From Waterburya sp. (GTDB taxonomy: Bacteria; Cyanobacteriota; Cyanobacteriia; Cyanobacteriales; Xenococcaceae), in assembly GCA_965217895.1 (NCBI GenBank), contig CBDCJV010000002.1:1472001-1536000 (forward strand): a stretch of DNA of 64,000 nt, read 5' to 3'. Positions 11,682-20,940 of this stretch are shown piece by piece. Under the pieces are notes generated by a model, which was not told the origin of the DNA, did not search any database, and saw only the letters and a program-made list of their open reading frames with translations. Within the stretch, counting starts at the first letter, position 1. The number at the start of each line of letters is the position of its first letter. Made by a program: the position numbers and the translations under genes.

Positions 11682-11814
11682 TGATTACAATCCTTTGATT
11701 ATGAGTGTTTAATGATTTACGTAGCTGATTAACTCAAATTTTGCGCCTCAAACGTATGTAGCTAAGAGCTAAAATCAGTAAATCTGAAAGAAACTGATTC
11801 ATATTAAACGTAAT

Positions 11815-13140
11815 TTATAGTTGCCATTGGAAAAAATCAACTGTATTGCCAATAATACGGTGTTTAATTAGCGATCGCTTTTGCCAATGTTCAAGAGTTA
11901 TACGTTTGCTTTGGGCAAAGCCTTTTTCAAAAGTGTCTTTAATGCCTTGTACTAATTCAGGTTGCGCGCTACAAATATCTAGTTCTTCATTATGGCAAAA
12001 ACTGCGGGGGTCAAAATTGGCACTACCCGTAGTTGCCCAAACATCATCAATCAAAAGTAACTTAGCATGAGTCATACTAGGTTGAAATTCATAGATTTCT
12101 ACACCGCCTCGCAACAAATCGCCATAGTGTTCAAATGAAGCATAGTAAACAGGTTTTTTATCACTACGGCTACTGGTGGTAAGAATACGAACATCTACCC
12201 CATCTTGCTTGGCTGCAACTAATAAATCTATAGAGTTTTCATCGGGAAGAAAATAAGGGCTAGCCAACCAAATTCTTTTTCTAGCGCAGATAATACTATT
12301 GTATTTAAAAGACTGAATTGGTGAGAAACGGATTCGAGGATTTGCTCCTGGGACAACTAACATGAGGTTAGAATCTTTTTCGCCTGTATCTTTTTCCCTG
12401 CCATTAGTAAAATTAGGAAATTTATTCCTACCTAAATCGGCTGTGCCATCATCAAACGTCCAGTGTTGAGAAAACACTCCTGCTAAAATACTAATTATTT
12501 CTCCTTCGATACGCATCTCCACATCTAACCATGGTTGAGTATCATCTTTTTTTTCGATACCGTCCCAAAGATCGGAAATTCCTGCTCCACCTACCAAGCC
12601 AAATTGGCTATCAATTAACAACAGTTTGCGGTGAGTACGCCCAGCATAATCTAGGGGGGCTTTCCAATTGGGAGGATTAAAAAAAGAGACTTTTACTCCA
12701 GCACCCCGTAAACGTCGCCAATAATTGTCTGATATGTCTTTTGTTCCATAATGATCGACAACCAGACGAATTTCAACCCCCGCAGAAGCTCTTTCTGCAA
12801 GGGCAACGGCAAAATTATCTGCCCGTTTTCCTGGAGTCATAAAGAAAGTTTCAAAGTCGATTGTATGCTGTGCCTTCGAGATTGCATCTATACGAGCTTG
12901 TTGAATCTGATCTGGCTCATTCCAGAAATCTGTAATAACACCATCGGTCATAAAAGAATTGGTAATACTGGCAAGAGTAAAAGGAAATTGTGGCTCTTCG
13001 GGACGGGGTGCGTGTTTTACTTTATACTTAATGCGATCGCGAAATGCTCCTCGCAGATAAAAACCAATGAAAACAATTAGGCTGAGGATTAAAAAAGCAA
13101 TAAACAGCCACCAGAGAATAGATTCAATCGTTGCCCACAT
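11815..13140 (-). CDS. Phospholipase D family protein, cardiolipin synthase-like
   Basis: Two HKD motifs (HRKLLLID, HAKLLLID); N-terminal TM. Confidence 0.9.
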   Translation of the reverse strand: MWATIESILWWLFIAFLILSLIVFIGFYLRGAFRDRIKYKVKHAPRPEEPQFPFTLASITNSFMTDGVITDFWNEPDQIQQARIDAISKAQHTIDFETFFMTPGKRADNFAVALAERASAGVEIRLVVDHYGTKDISDNYWRRLRGAGVKVSFFNPPNWKAPLDYAGRTHRKLLLIDSQFGLVGGAGISDLWDGIEKKDDTQPWLDVEMRIEGEIISILAGVFSQHWTFDDGTADLGRNKFPNFTNGREKDTGEKDSNLMLVVPGANPRIRFSPIQSFKYNSIICARKRIWLASPYFLPDENSIDLLVAAKQDGVDVRILTTSSRSDKKPVYYASFEHYGDLLRGGVEIYEFQPSMTHAKLLLIDDVWATTGSANFDPRSFCHNEELDICSAQPELVQGIKDTFEKGFAQSKRITLEHWQKRSLIKHRIIGNTVDFFQWQL

Positions 13141-13297
13141 AAGAAATTCGCTTAAATTTGTTGAAAAATTACACGGGTCAAATCTTGTTATTTAACCAGA
13201 TACTTATGTGCATTAGATATGAATTAGTCTTTTTGACACATCTAGCTAGAGTAATACATTGAGTATTCTTTTTAGCAATTGGGAGCTTGGCGATCGC

Positions 13298-13325
13298 GCG
13301 CGCTACTGCGTACCCTACGGATCGC
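13298..13325. repeat. HIP1 octamer split by a 20-nt insert (SDR5-like)
   Basis: GCG + CGCTACTGCGTACCCTACGG + ATCGC, directly after an intact GCGATCGC at 13290-13297. Confidence 0.55.
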
Positions 13326-13376
13326 TTTTAATACGGAACAAAACCTCTAACAAAGCAATTACCTTTGTTTAATTGG

Positions 13377-13508
13377 AGGCGTTGCTGAATGGGTAATGCT
13401 AAATCTGTATTTCGCTTATCAATTGAAAACAGACAACTTTTAAAAGCTAATAGCTAAAAGCTACGAACAGTCTTATGTTGTAAGTCATTACTTAAATCAC
13501 CAACGCCT
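13377..13508. mobile_element. MITE-like element, 132 bp
   Basis: Inverted ends AGGCGTTGCTGAAT...GTAATG / CATTAC...ATCACCAACGCCT; AATTGG directly repeated on both flanks; related copy at 21237-21360. Confidence 0.7.
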
Positions 13509-14588
13509 AATTGGATAATTCTCTTCTATCTTGGTTTCTCCATCCACCACAGAATCTATTAGCTGTGGAGTCAGAAAGTTATGAGGAAAGGGAAAATCAA
13601 AGCTACTGGCTTGATTAAGACGTTCGATTTGTTCTGAGGCTAGGGTAAAGTCTACAGCCTGTAAATTATCTTCTACATGAGATAGCTTGCGTGCGCCGAC
13701 GATGGGAATAGTTCCTCCAGGCTGTTGCAGTAGCCAATTAAGAGAAACTTGAGAAGGCGATCGCCCGATTTCTTCTGCTATTTCTTTAACCTTATTGCCG
13801 ATCTCAATGCTACGTTCGTTTAGCTGTCCCATTGATTGCGACATGGATTTACGTCCCGAACTTTCGCCATCATTATCACTATCTTCTTTCAAGTCTGACA
13901 TACTGTATTTACCTGCCAAAACTCCACCCGCTAAAGGCGACCATGCTAGGGGAGTAATATTATGATGCTCTGCCATGGGAATCATGTCGGCTTCGGAAGT
14001 ACGCTCGACAAGATTGTACTGGATTTGGATTGCCGAGATAGGAGTCCAACCGCGCAAACGAGCGATCGCCTGTCCTTCGGAGACAATCCAGGATGGTGTA
14101 TCACTCAGTCCGATATGTAGAATTTTTCCCTGACGTACTAAGTCATCTAAAGCTCGTAGCACTTCTTCGATGGAGTTGCGATAGTCCCAAGCGTGTAGCC
14201 AGTAGAGGTCAATATAGTCTGTTTTCAAACGTTTTAAACTATCCTCGACTGCGGTAATCATACTGCGACGATGATTGCCTCCTGCATTGGGATTTTTGGG
14301 GTCGGTATTGAGAGTATATTTGGTTGCCAGTACAAAGCGATCGCGTTTTCCTTCTAGCAATTTACCTAGATATTCTTCACTCGAACCGTTGGTATACACG
14401 TTGGCACTATCAATAAAATTGCCACCGCGATCGGCATAGGTATCGAATATTTGCTGGCTGGTTTCAAAATCTGCACCCCAACCCCATTCTTCACCAAAGG
14501 TCATTGTGCCAAGACACAAGGGAGATACGCGCAGTCCTGAATTGCCAAGTAAGCGGTAGTTATCTAAAGATGTTAGTGGTTGGTTCAT
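13497..14588 (-). CDS. Aldo/keto reductase
   Basis: 'LGNSGLRVSPLCLGTMTFG', 'DSANVY', 'LATKY', 'IDLYWLH', 'WSPLAGG'. Confidence 0.93.
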   Translation of the reverse strand: MNQPLTSLDNYRLLGNSGLRVSPLCLGTMTFGEEWGWGADFETSQQIFDTYADRGGNFIDSANVYTNGSSEEYLGKLLEGKRDRFVLATKYTLNTDPKNPNAGGNHRRSMITAVEDSLKRLKTDYIDLYWLHAWDYRNSIEEVLRALDDLVRQGKILHIGLSDTPSWIVSEGQAIARLRGWTPISAIQIQYNLVERTSEADMIPMAEHHNITPLAWSPLAGGVLAGKYSMSDLKEDSDNDGESSGRKSMSQSMGQLNERSIEIGNKVKEIAEEIGRSPSQVSLNWLLQQPGGTIPIVGARKLSHVEDNLQAVDFTLASEQIERLNQASSFDFPFPHNFLTPQLIDSVVDGETKIEENYPIRRW

Positions 14589-14616
14589 GATCTTTTTATT
14601 GTTTATTGTGTTTAAC

Positions 14617-14644
14617 GTAAGGGCGATTCGCGAATCGCCCTTAC
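14617..14644. repeat. REP-like perfect palindrome
   Basis: GTAAGGGCGATTCGCGAATCGCCCTTAC is a perfect 28-bp palindrome. Confidence 0.8.
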
Positions 14645-14733
14645 AAGATTAGTTATCTGTGTTAGTCGATAGCCAGAAATTAAATTTGTTACCGTATCTT
14701 AGTAAACGAAATAATCCAAAGGAAGATAGCTGT

Positions 14734-14937
14734 ATGCCTTATGTAAATTTGCAAATAACGACAGGTGCGAGCAAAGAACAGAAAGCGCAGATAGTTAAAG
14801 ACATAACTAAATCTTTGATGGATGTTTTGGGTAAGAAATCAGAGCATATTCATATAGTTATTCAGGAGATAGAAGAAGAAAACTGGGGTTATGCGGGATT
14901 GTTGACCGATGAGTGGAAGAAACAGCAGGGAAGTTAA
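14734..14937 (+). CDS. 4-oxalocrotonate tautomerase family protein
   Basis: ATG 14734 gives M-P (catalytic Pro1); 'EQKAQIVKDIT..L..VLGK', 'ENWGYAG'. Confidence 0.9.
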   Translation: MPYVNLQITTGASKEQKAQIVKDITKSLMDVLGKKSEHIHIVIQEIEEENWGYAGLLTDEWKKQQGS

Positions 14938-14957
14938 TTTGCGATCAAACATTTAAT

Positions 14958-15761
14958 TTAATTAATGCAGGTTGTACTTCCGCCATCTATCCGATAATCT
15001 GCACCATTGATATAACCAGAAAGCGGGCTAGCTAGAAATGCCACTATATTAGCTACATCTTCAGGTTTACCTAAGTGTCCGACAGTATTAGGCAGAAATT
15101 CTTTAATAATTTGTTGTTCTATTTCGTTCCAGTCAGAACCCCATCCCTGTTTTTCTGCTGTTTTACGAAAAAATTCTTGAACTGTTTCAGTGACAACTAT
15201 ACCAGGACTTACTGTATTGACAGTAATTCCTGTGTTAGCTAATTCTTGAGAAAGACTTACTGTAAGATTCACCTGTGCTGCTTTGGTCGCTGCATAATCT
15301 GGCATTGCTGCAAAGGGTTGAGTTGCTTCACCACTGGCTATTTGAATAATTCTTCCCCAAGCAGTTTCTTTCATTTGAGGGACGAGATGACGAACTAGCC
15401 TAACTACAGAAAGAACGTTGATGTTATAAAGTTCTGCCCAGTTATCTGCTGTTGCATCCATCCAACCACGATTTTTATAAGCCCCTGCGTTGTTGATCAA
15501 GATATCAATACCGCCGAGGGATTCTTGGGCTTGCTTGGCAACATAAGCCGCACCTTCATCAGTACTGAGATCGCCGACAAAACCAAATACTTTACCGCCG
15601 TCTTGTTCGATTTCTTCAGTAACACGAACAACTTTATCCTTCTCCAGACCATGCACTACAACGGCTGCACCTTCTTCGGCTAAGGTTTTGGCGATCGCTT
15701 TACCAATTCCCACATTACTACCTGTGACTAAAGCTTTTTTTCCTTCTAAATTTAATTTCAT
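14958..15761 (-). CDS. Short-chain dehydrogenase/reductase
   Basis: TGSNVGIG, NNAG, YAATK, 'NTVSPG', 'IDGG'. Confidence 0.92.
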   Translation of the reverse strand: MKLNLEGKKALVTGSNVGIGKAIAKTLAEEGAAVVVHGLEKDKVVRVTEEIEQDGGKVFGFVGDLSTDEGAAYVAKQAQESLGGIDILINNAGAYKNRGWMDATADNWAELYNINVLSVVRLVRHLVPQMKETAWGRIIQIASGEATQPFAAMPDYAATKAAQVNLTVSLSQELANTGITVNTVSPGIVVTETVQEFFRKTAEKQGWGSDWNEIEQQIIKEFLPNTVGHLGKPEDVANIVAFLASPLSGYINGADYRIDGGSTTCIN

Positions 15762-15890
15762 TTTTTAGCTCTCATCTGAATTTATAATTTAATTCTTGAT
15801 CGCTTTCTTTTTAAGAGATAAAATTTTTGATTTCATGTTAATTAATTCAAAAATAATCCTATTAAATCCTCAGCTAGCCTGTATAGGAAA

Positions 15891-16718
15891 TTATTGCTCT
15901 TTTCGATAATTTCCTGGTGTAGTCCCTACCAAACGTTTAAAGTGATAACCAAAATGACTCTGATCGTAAAAACCGATTTCCAAAGCGACTTGAGCAATGG
16001 TTATTCCATCATCAGCTAGAAGCTTTTTAGCGCGATCAATCCGTATTTGCGTCTGATAAGCACTTAAGGATAATCCCATTTCACGACGAAACAAGCGACT
16101 GAGATAAAAACGGCTTAATCCCGATTTTTCTGATAATTTAGCTAAAGCTACGTTTTCTGGATAATGAGCCTGTAAGAAATCACAGATAATAGTAATGGCA
16201 GATTTAACTGTTTGATAATTCTGGGTAGAAAGTTTTGTCTTATAAGCGATTAAACAAGAAAAGAAATTTAAGATTAGAGAATCGATGGCTAACCTGGTTG
16301 CGTTTGTGTTTATGGCAATACATAAATTTTGAAACAGTTTGTTTAAATTGCGATCGCGCAATACTGGTTCGGTAAAGAAAGGAATGCTAGCAGTATTACC
16401 AATTTCTAATGCAGTCTCTTCTAACACACTAGAATCGACGTGCATCATCCAAAAAGTAGCGGGTTTAAATAAATAAGTTCTTTCACTAGGAGAATGAACC
16501 TCGCCAGAATGAATGATGCTAAGATTGCCAACTGGTATGAGATAATAAGCACCTCGGTAAAAATATTCACCCTGACAATTGAAGCTCAGTCCTAGCTGAT
16601 ATTCTTGATGAGAATGTCTGGGTAATGGTTCGACTGTACCTACGGTGTAGCTATATTTTTCTAACAGGATTCCCTCAAGCTGCCATGCTTTTACAGTAAC
16701 GGTTGATGATGTTTTCAT
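15891..16718 (-). CDS. AraC family transcriptional regulator
   Basis: Cupin 'PRHSH' N-terminal domain; C-terminal HTH 'GFYDQSHFGYHFKRLVGTTPG'. Confidence 0.92.
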   Translation of the reverse strand: MKTSSTVTVKAWQLEGILLEKYSYTVGTVEPLPRHSHQEYQLGLSFNCQGEYFYRGAYYLIPVGNLSIIHSGEVHSPSERTYLFKPATFWMMHVDSSVLEETALEIGNTASIPFFTEPVLRDRNLNKLFQNLCIAINTNATRLAIDSLILNFFSCLIAYKTKLSTQNYQTVKSAITIICDFLQAHYPENVALAKLSEKSGLSRFYLSRLFRREMGLSLSAYQTQIRIDRAKKLLADDGITIAQVALEIGFYDQSHFGYHFKRLVGTTPGNYRKEQ

Positions 16719-16831
16719 TTTATAGAATAATTCTCATTTGTTATTGTATTGATAGGTTACTTAATCAAGAGCTTTTCTAATTTTCAGATGTCCTCTTAAG
16801 CGATCGCTTTTTGTTTTGGGATAATCTACAA

Positions 16832-16900
16832 AGCTATCAGATTAAGCAAATTAGAAATCTCATTATTAAATATCGTTTAGGAGATAATGATGTTAATTAA
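16832..16900 (+). pseudogene. 3' remnant of a HicA-type toxin gene
   Basis: Frame reads SYQIKQIRNLIIKYRLGDNDVN*, resembling HicA C-termini (xYQVKQVRxxIxKYxLG); overlaps the hicB start; no recognisable 5' part. Confidence 0.6.
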
Positions 16901-17102
16901 ATACGAATTAATCATTTATTGGAGTGAATCCGATGAAGCATTTATTGTAGAAGTTCCAGAATTATCAGGATGTATGGTAGATGGTCAGACTTATATTGAA
17001 GCAGTGACAAATGCAGAGATTGTAATTCAAGAATGGATCGAATCAGCACAAGAATTAGGTCGCAATATTCCTATTCCCAAAGGTCGTTTACTTTATGCTT
17101 AA
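16887..17102 (+). CDS. HicB family antitoxin
   Basis: 'KYELIIYWSESDEAFIVEVPELSGCMVDG.TY.EA', 'GRNIPIPKGRL'. Confidence 0.9.
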   Translation: MMLIKYELIIYWSESDEAFIVEVPELSGCMVDGQTYIEAVTNAEIVIQEWIESAQELGRNIPIPKGRLLYA

Positions 17103-17130
17103 TTAATCCTTTAAGATATTTTTATCCCCT

Positions 17131-20004
17131 TTATATCCACAATTTTGTTGGTGCAATGGGTTTAATCTCTTCATCCCAACCGCCTATTTGATAGGTTTGC
17201 AACAGCCATAAACTTGCACCATGTTTTAAGAAAATTTCGGCTAAAACATCGTTTGCTAAACGGGGTAAAAGCGATCGCCAGCTTGTTAAGGCATTAATTA
17301 CGGTAGTTACGGGACGATCCTCTAGGCGAGTACCAATCAATGATTGATATGGATCGACCCAATCAGCGCGGGTTTGCCAAGAAACTAGTTTGGCTTCGAT
17401 GGCTTTATTTAGGGCAACTAAACGCTTTAGTCTTTGGGTTTGAGGATCTTGGGGGTTAGTGGCAATCCAGTCTTTGATTTGGGCATTGTTATCAAATTCA
17501 GTTAGGGTCATATTAATCGCTTGATAAAAAGCCTGACAGGAATCTTGGACACAGGAATTGGCAGGGCCGACAAAGGTTGCCCCCGTACCGTCTCCAGTCC
17601 GATAACGTGCCATCATGCGATCTAGCTGGTATGCTAAGGCGTTGAGGGGAAAGCGACGCAAACCATCAAAATTGTATTCTTCTAAAACATCTAGCTTGAC
17701 TATGATATCGGTGATGGGACGACTGCCTAGCCAACCAAATTGGCGATCGCCTACAAAGTTTGTCCAGTCTAAACTCCCCGCGATAATCCCTGTCGTGTTT
17801 TGGGTATAAACCTGTGCATAGCCGATTTTGAAACGAAGTTCTTGAGTTAAAGGTTCACGGATCACTCTGGCTAAACCAAAGGCAAAATGTCCAAAAAAGA
17901 TGCCTAACGGGGCAAATTCTCGCTTTTTACCGCCAATACCGCCGTAGGTATGTAAGAGTAACAGGCGATCGCCTTCAGAAAAAGAGTTAATTAATTCTGT
18001 GTCTGGTAAGTTGCGAGGGTTTAAGAGAATTGAATCGACATGACCTTTTTTTTCTTTTACTCCCTGCCAATATTGATTGTGGATATAGTCAGTGGTTTTG
18101 TGCAGTCCAGAAATAACTTTAGCTGGCTGTAGTTGAAACAAGCTACGAGGTGCGATCGCCTGGACGGTAAATATTCCCTGGTGGTTTTTTGCGCCATAGA
18201 TATACCATCCTGTCTTATTTAAAGGAGATTCGGTAATTTTGTTAACGGTAGCGGATAAAACTCCCTGGCGATCTTTTACTACCTGGGGGAAGTAAACGGT
18301 GTCTTCTCTTCCATCAAACTGCTTAGATGCAGAATTATAATGGCGGACGACAGCGCAATTATTGGGAAATAACTCAGTAATAGTTACCAAAGCATAATAC
18401 TTTCCCGTAATCAAAATTGGTTCGCGGGCAATATATAAACTCAGATCTGTTCTAACCACCTCGACCGAACTCAACGCAACCATCACATCATCATTCGGTC
18501 TAGCCCCAGCCAAAGATTCTAACGCCTGTACCTGCCGCCAGTGGTTTAAGCGGGTAGGAAGAACTATACCCTGATTAACACTTTTATACGCCTGTTCAGA
18601 AAAACCAATTCTAATTTTGACCTGATTAACATAAGCTTGGATATCAGGGCGATCGCTCCAACGCAAGTATATCTTTTTACCGATTAAATCGCGATCGGAT
18701 TCTGGTGCGTGGTGTACCTCTAAGTAAACCCCAGCAACACGAGATCGTTCGGTAACATCTGGTAAAATTAAACGTCCTAGCCATTCACCCACGGACAGAT
18801 ATTCTTGAGCATAAGATTGCTCAAGAGAATAATAATCAGGTTGATTAAAATCTGCTTTAACGTAGTTGGCATAGTCACTAACAACCTTTGAGGCAAATGA
18901 TTTATAATCGGCAACGGCAGCAGGATAGGGTTCTTGTCCATCGGCACGAGTCAAAATACGTAAAATAATTTGCAGAGTTTTGGCTAAATGATTGCTACCA
19001 TCGGCAAGTATAGCTGTTTCGCTCAATGGACCATTCGTTGAATCGTGACCTACTTTTCCTAAAGAGATAAAGCTAATTTCACCGCGACTTTTAGCCAGAT
19101 TCCAATTCGACCAAGTAAAGATTGACCATCTTCGAGGAAACAGATAAGAAGTAAAGCGAGCTACCCGATCTTTTTCTCCCACTAAATGATAAAGATGTTC
19201 TACCTGTGCCACTTCATTGTTACCACTTATTACCCCCGCTAAAGAAATAACGTCAATCGGCGCAGCCAAAACCTTCTTGATATAAGGGACTGCGCCCAAA
19301 GATATTTGTCCGCCACCGCTATAACCAATGAGGGTAATTAAAGCCCCGCTACCTGGCTGATAGCCTTTTGCCAACAGGCGATCGATAATTATTTGTGCTG
19401 TACCGCGATTGTATATCGGACCATAGCGACTATCTACGGATACCGCCACTTGGAACATATTGCGTAATAAGACTAGCACTCTTAATACTCCAAACCTACT
19501 AGTGCGTTCGATCCATTGCCAAACTGAACCTAAAGGTCTACCAATAGTTAAGGGGAGATTGATGACTGAATAGGGAATAATATTTTTGATCAGAACATAA
19601 TTTTCTTCTGGTAAAGATTCCTCTAGCCGTTGCAAAAATTTTTTTGCCCGAATGGAATATTTAAACGAGCTTTTGCCAATGCCATCGAGATAAACTACAT
19701 ACTGTATTGTTGTAGAAGTTATCTTTTCAATTGGGAATTGAGTACTTTTAGCCGGTAAGGTAAGCGTATCGCGATCGCCACCATACCATCCAGCCCACCA
19801 GCCTAAAGCTTCAAAGGGTGCCAGCAAACCTGCCAACACCAGGGCAATACCAACAATTCTTCCTCCGTCCAAAAGCAGATTTAATAACTCAGCGTGTAGA
19901 AAAACATACCATTGCACCCACCAAGCATTTGCAGGAGACAAGAAAATAACTACGGCTAAGGCTAATACAATTAAGGCACTTCTGGTTAAAAATTGTTTAC
20001 TCAC
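17131..20004 (-). CDS. Membrane-anchored 957-aa protein with an alpha/beta-hydrolase-like domain and a putative permuted papain-like domain
   Basis: N-terminal TMs; GYSGGG nucleophile elbow; later 'GHFAFG' and 'ANSCVQD'. Confidence 0.65.
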   Translation of the reverse strand: MSKQFLTRSALIVLALAVVIFLSPANAWWVQWYVFLHAELLNLLLDGGRIVGIALVLAGLLAPFEALGWWAGWYGGDRDTLTLPAKSTQFPIEKITSTTIQYVVYLDGIGKSSFKYSIRAKKFLQRLEESLPEENYVLIKNIIPYSVINLPLTIGRPLGSVWQWIERTSRFGVLRVLVLLRNMFQVAVSVDSRYGPIYNRGTAQIIIDRLLAKGYQPGSGALITLIGYSGGGQISLGAVPYIKKVLAAPIDVISLAGVISGNNEVAQVEHLYHLVGEKDRVARFTSYLFPRRWSIFTWSNWNLAKSRGEISFISLGKVGHDSTNGPLSETAILADGSNHLAKTLQIILRILTRADGQEPYPAAVADYKSFASKVVSDYANYVKADFNQPDYYSLEQSYAQEYLSVGEWLGRLILPDVTERSRVAGVYLEVHHAPESDRDLIGKKIYLRWSDRPDIQAYVNQVKIRIGFSEQAYKSVNQGIVLPTRLNHWRQVQALESLAGARPNDDVMVALSSVEVVRTDLSLYIAREPILITGKYYALVTITELFPNNCAVVRHYNSASKQFDGREDTVYFPQVVKDRQGVLSATVNKITESPLNKTGWYIYGAKNHQGIFTVQAIAPRSLFQLQPAKVISGLHKTTDYIHNQYWQGVKEKKGHVDSILLNPRNLPDTELINSFSEGDRLLLLHTYGGIGGKKREFAPLGIFFGHFAFGLARVIREPLTQELRFKIGYAQVYTQNTTGIIAGSLDWTNFVGDRQFGWLGSRPITDIIVKLDVLEEYNFDGLRRFPLNALAYQLDRMMARYRTGDGTGATFVGPANSCVQDSCQAFYQAINMTLTEFDNNAQIKDWIATNPQDPQTQRLKRLVALNKAIEAKLVSWQTRADWVDPYQSLIGTRLEDRPVTTVINALTSWRSLLPRLANDVLAEIFLKHGASLWLLQTYQIGGWDEEIKPIAPTKLWI

Positions 20005-20747
20005 GATTCTTCTGATGTCTCCCCAAGTAAATCAGGAATATTGGTCGGATCGGGAGGAATAGGTAATCCGTTGTAAAGCATTTGCTCTAAGTAATCAGGT
20101 TCAGTAATAAGCTTTACTCCTGCAACCCAATCAACTATTTTACTCGTAATACGAGCGATCGCTTTACCGAAAACACGCTGAGAAAGTTGCAGCACTAACC
20201 AGCCTCCCAGACAGCATTCAAAAGCCTGCCATATACCCAAATCAGAAATTGCGCCTAAACCAATGGCGATCGCCATTAATGTCCAAATTGACAGCACAAT
20301 AAAAATTGGCATTCCAAAATAGGGAATAATTATTAAAAAACCTAATAACAAAGGCGCGTAGCTAAACCCTAAAGTTTTGACAATTTCTACCAAAGACAAA
20401 TTAGCCCCAAATAACCAGCCCGCAACTAACCAAGTGCTTAAAACCCAAAAATTGTAGTTAAAAACGAATAGGACTGCTGCGATCGCTATAGAGAGCAAAA
20501 ACCGCAGTGGGCGCACTCGATTGATAAATAGCATCACGCTTTGACCAGAAGTTTGAGACAAGCCAGCCAATAAAACTACTAAAATACTGGCAATCAAGCC
20601 TAAAGGTAAACTATTAAGCAATCCAAAAGTTTCCTTATTTAAGAGCATTACCCCAGAAACTAAAGTCCAAAACTTACTTATAGCTGTATCTACTGTCATG
20701 ATGATGAGCGACATTATCTTTCTTTTTAATTGACCAATTAACGTCAA
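20001..20747 (-). CDS. Multi-pass membrane protein (Yip1-like); start probably at an internal ATG
   Basis: 5-6 hydrophobic helices, 'LGFSYAPLLLGFLIIIPYFG'; stop overlaps the downstream GTG start by 4 nt. Confidence 0.65.
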   Translation of the reverse strand: MTLIGQLKRKIMSLIIMTVDTAISKFWTLVSGVMLLNKETFGLLNSLPLGLIASILVVLLAGLSQTSGQSVMLFINRVRPLRFLLSIAIAAVLFVFNYNFWVLSTWLVAGWLFGANLSLVEIVKTLGFSYAPLLLGFLIIIPYFGMPIFIVLSIWTLMAIAIGLGAISDLGIWQAFECCLGGWLVLQLSQRVFGKAIARITSKIVDWVAGVKLITEPDYLEQMLYNGLPIPPDPTNIPDLLGETSEES

Positions 20748-20940
20748 TTCGGGTTAAGAATATCAATCGGTGGAGAACATCCAACTTTGCTAAGTTTTCA
20801 AAGGGTTGCCAAAATTGTAACGCCGATGATGGAAAGGCGACTCCTTGAGGATAGATATTTTCGATTAAATAAACAGTAGTTTGCCTCTCCAGATCATGTT
20901 AGATGCCCATTTAATTGCAGAAGAGACTATATTTAAAATA

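Noticed and set aside
20690..20900. Start-less open frame on the minus strand upstream of the Yip1-like gene
   Set aside because: No start codon at its 5' end and no recognisable family; cannot be supported as a pseudogene.
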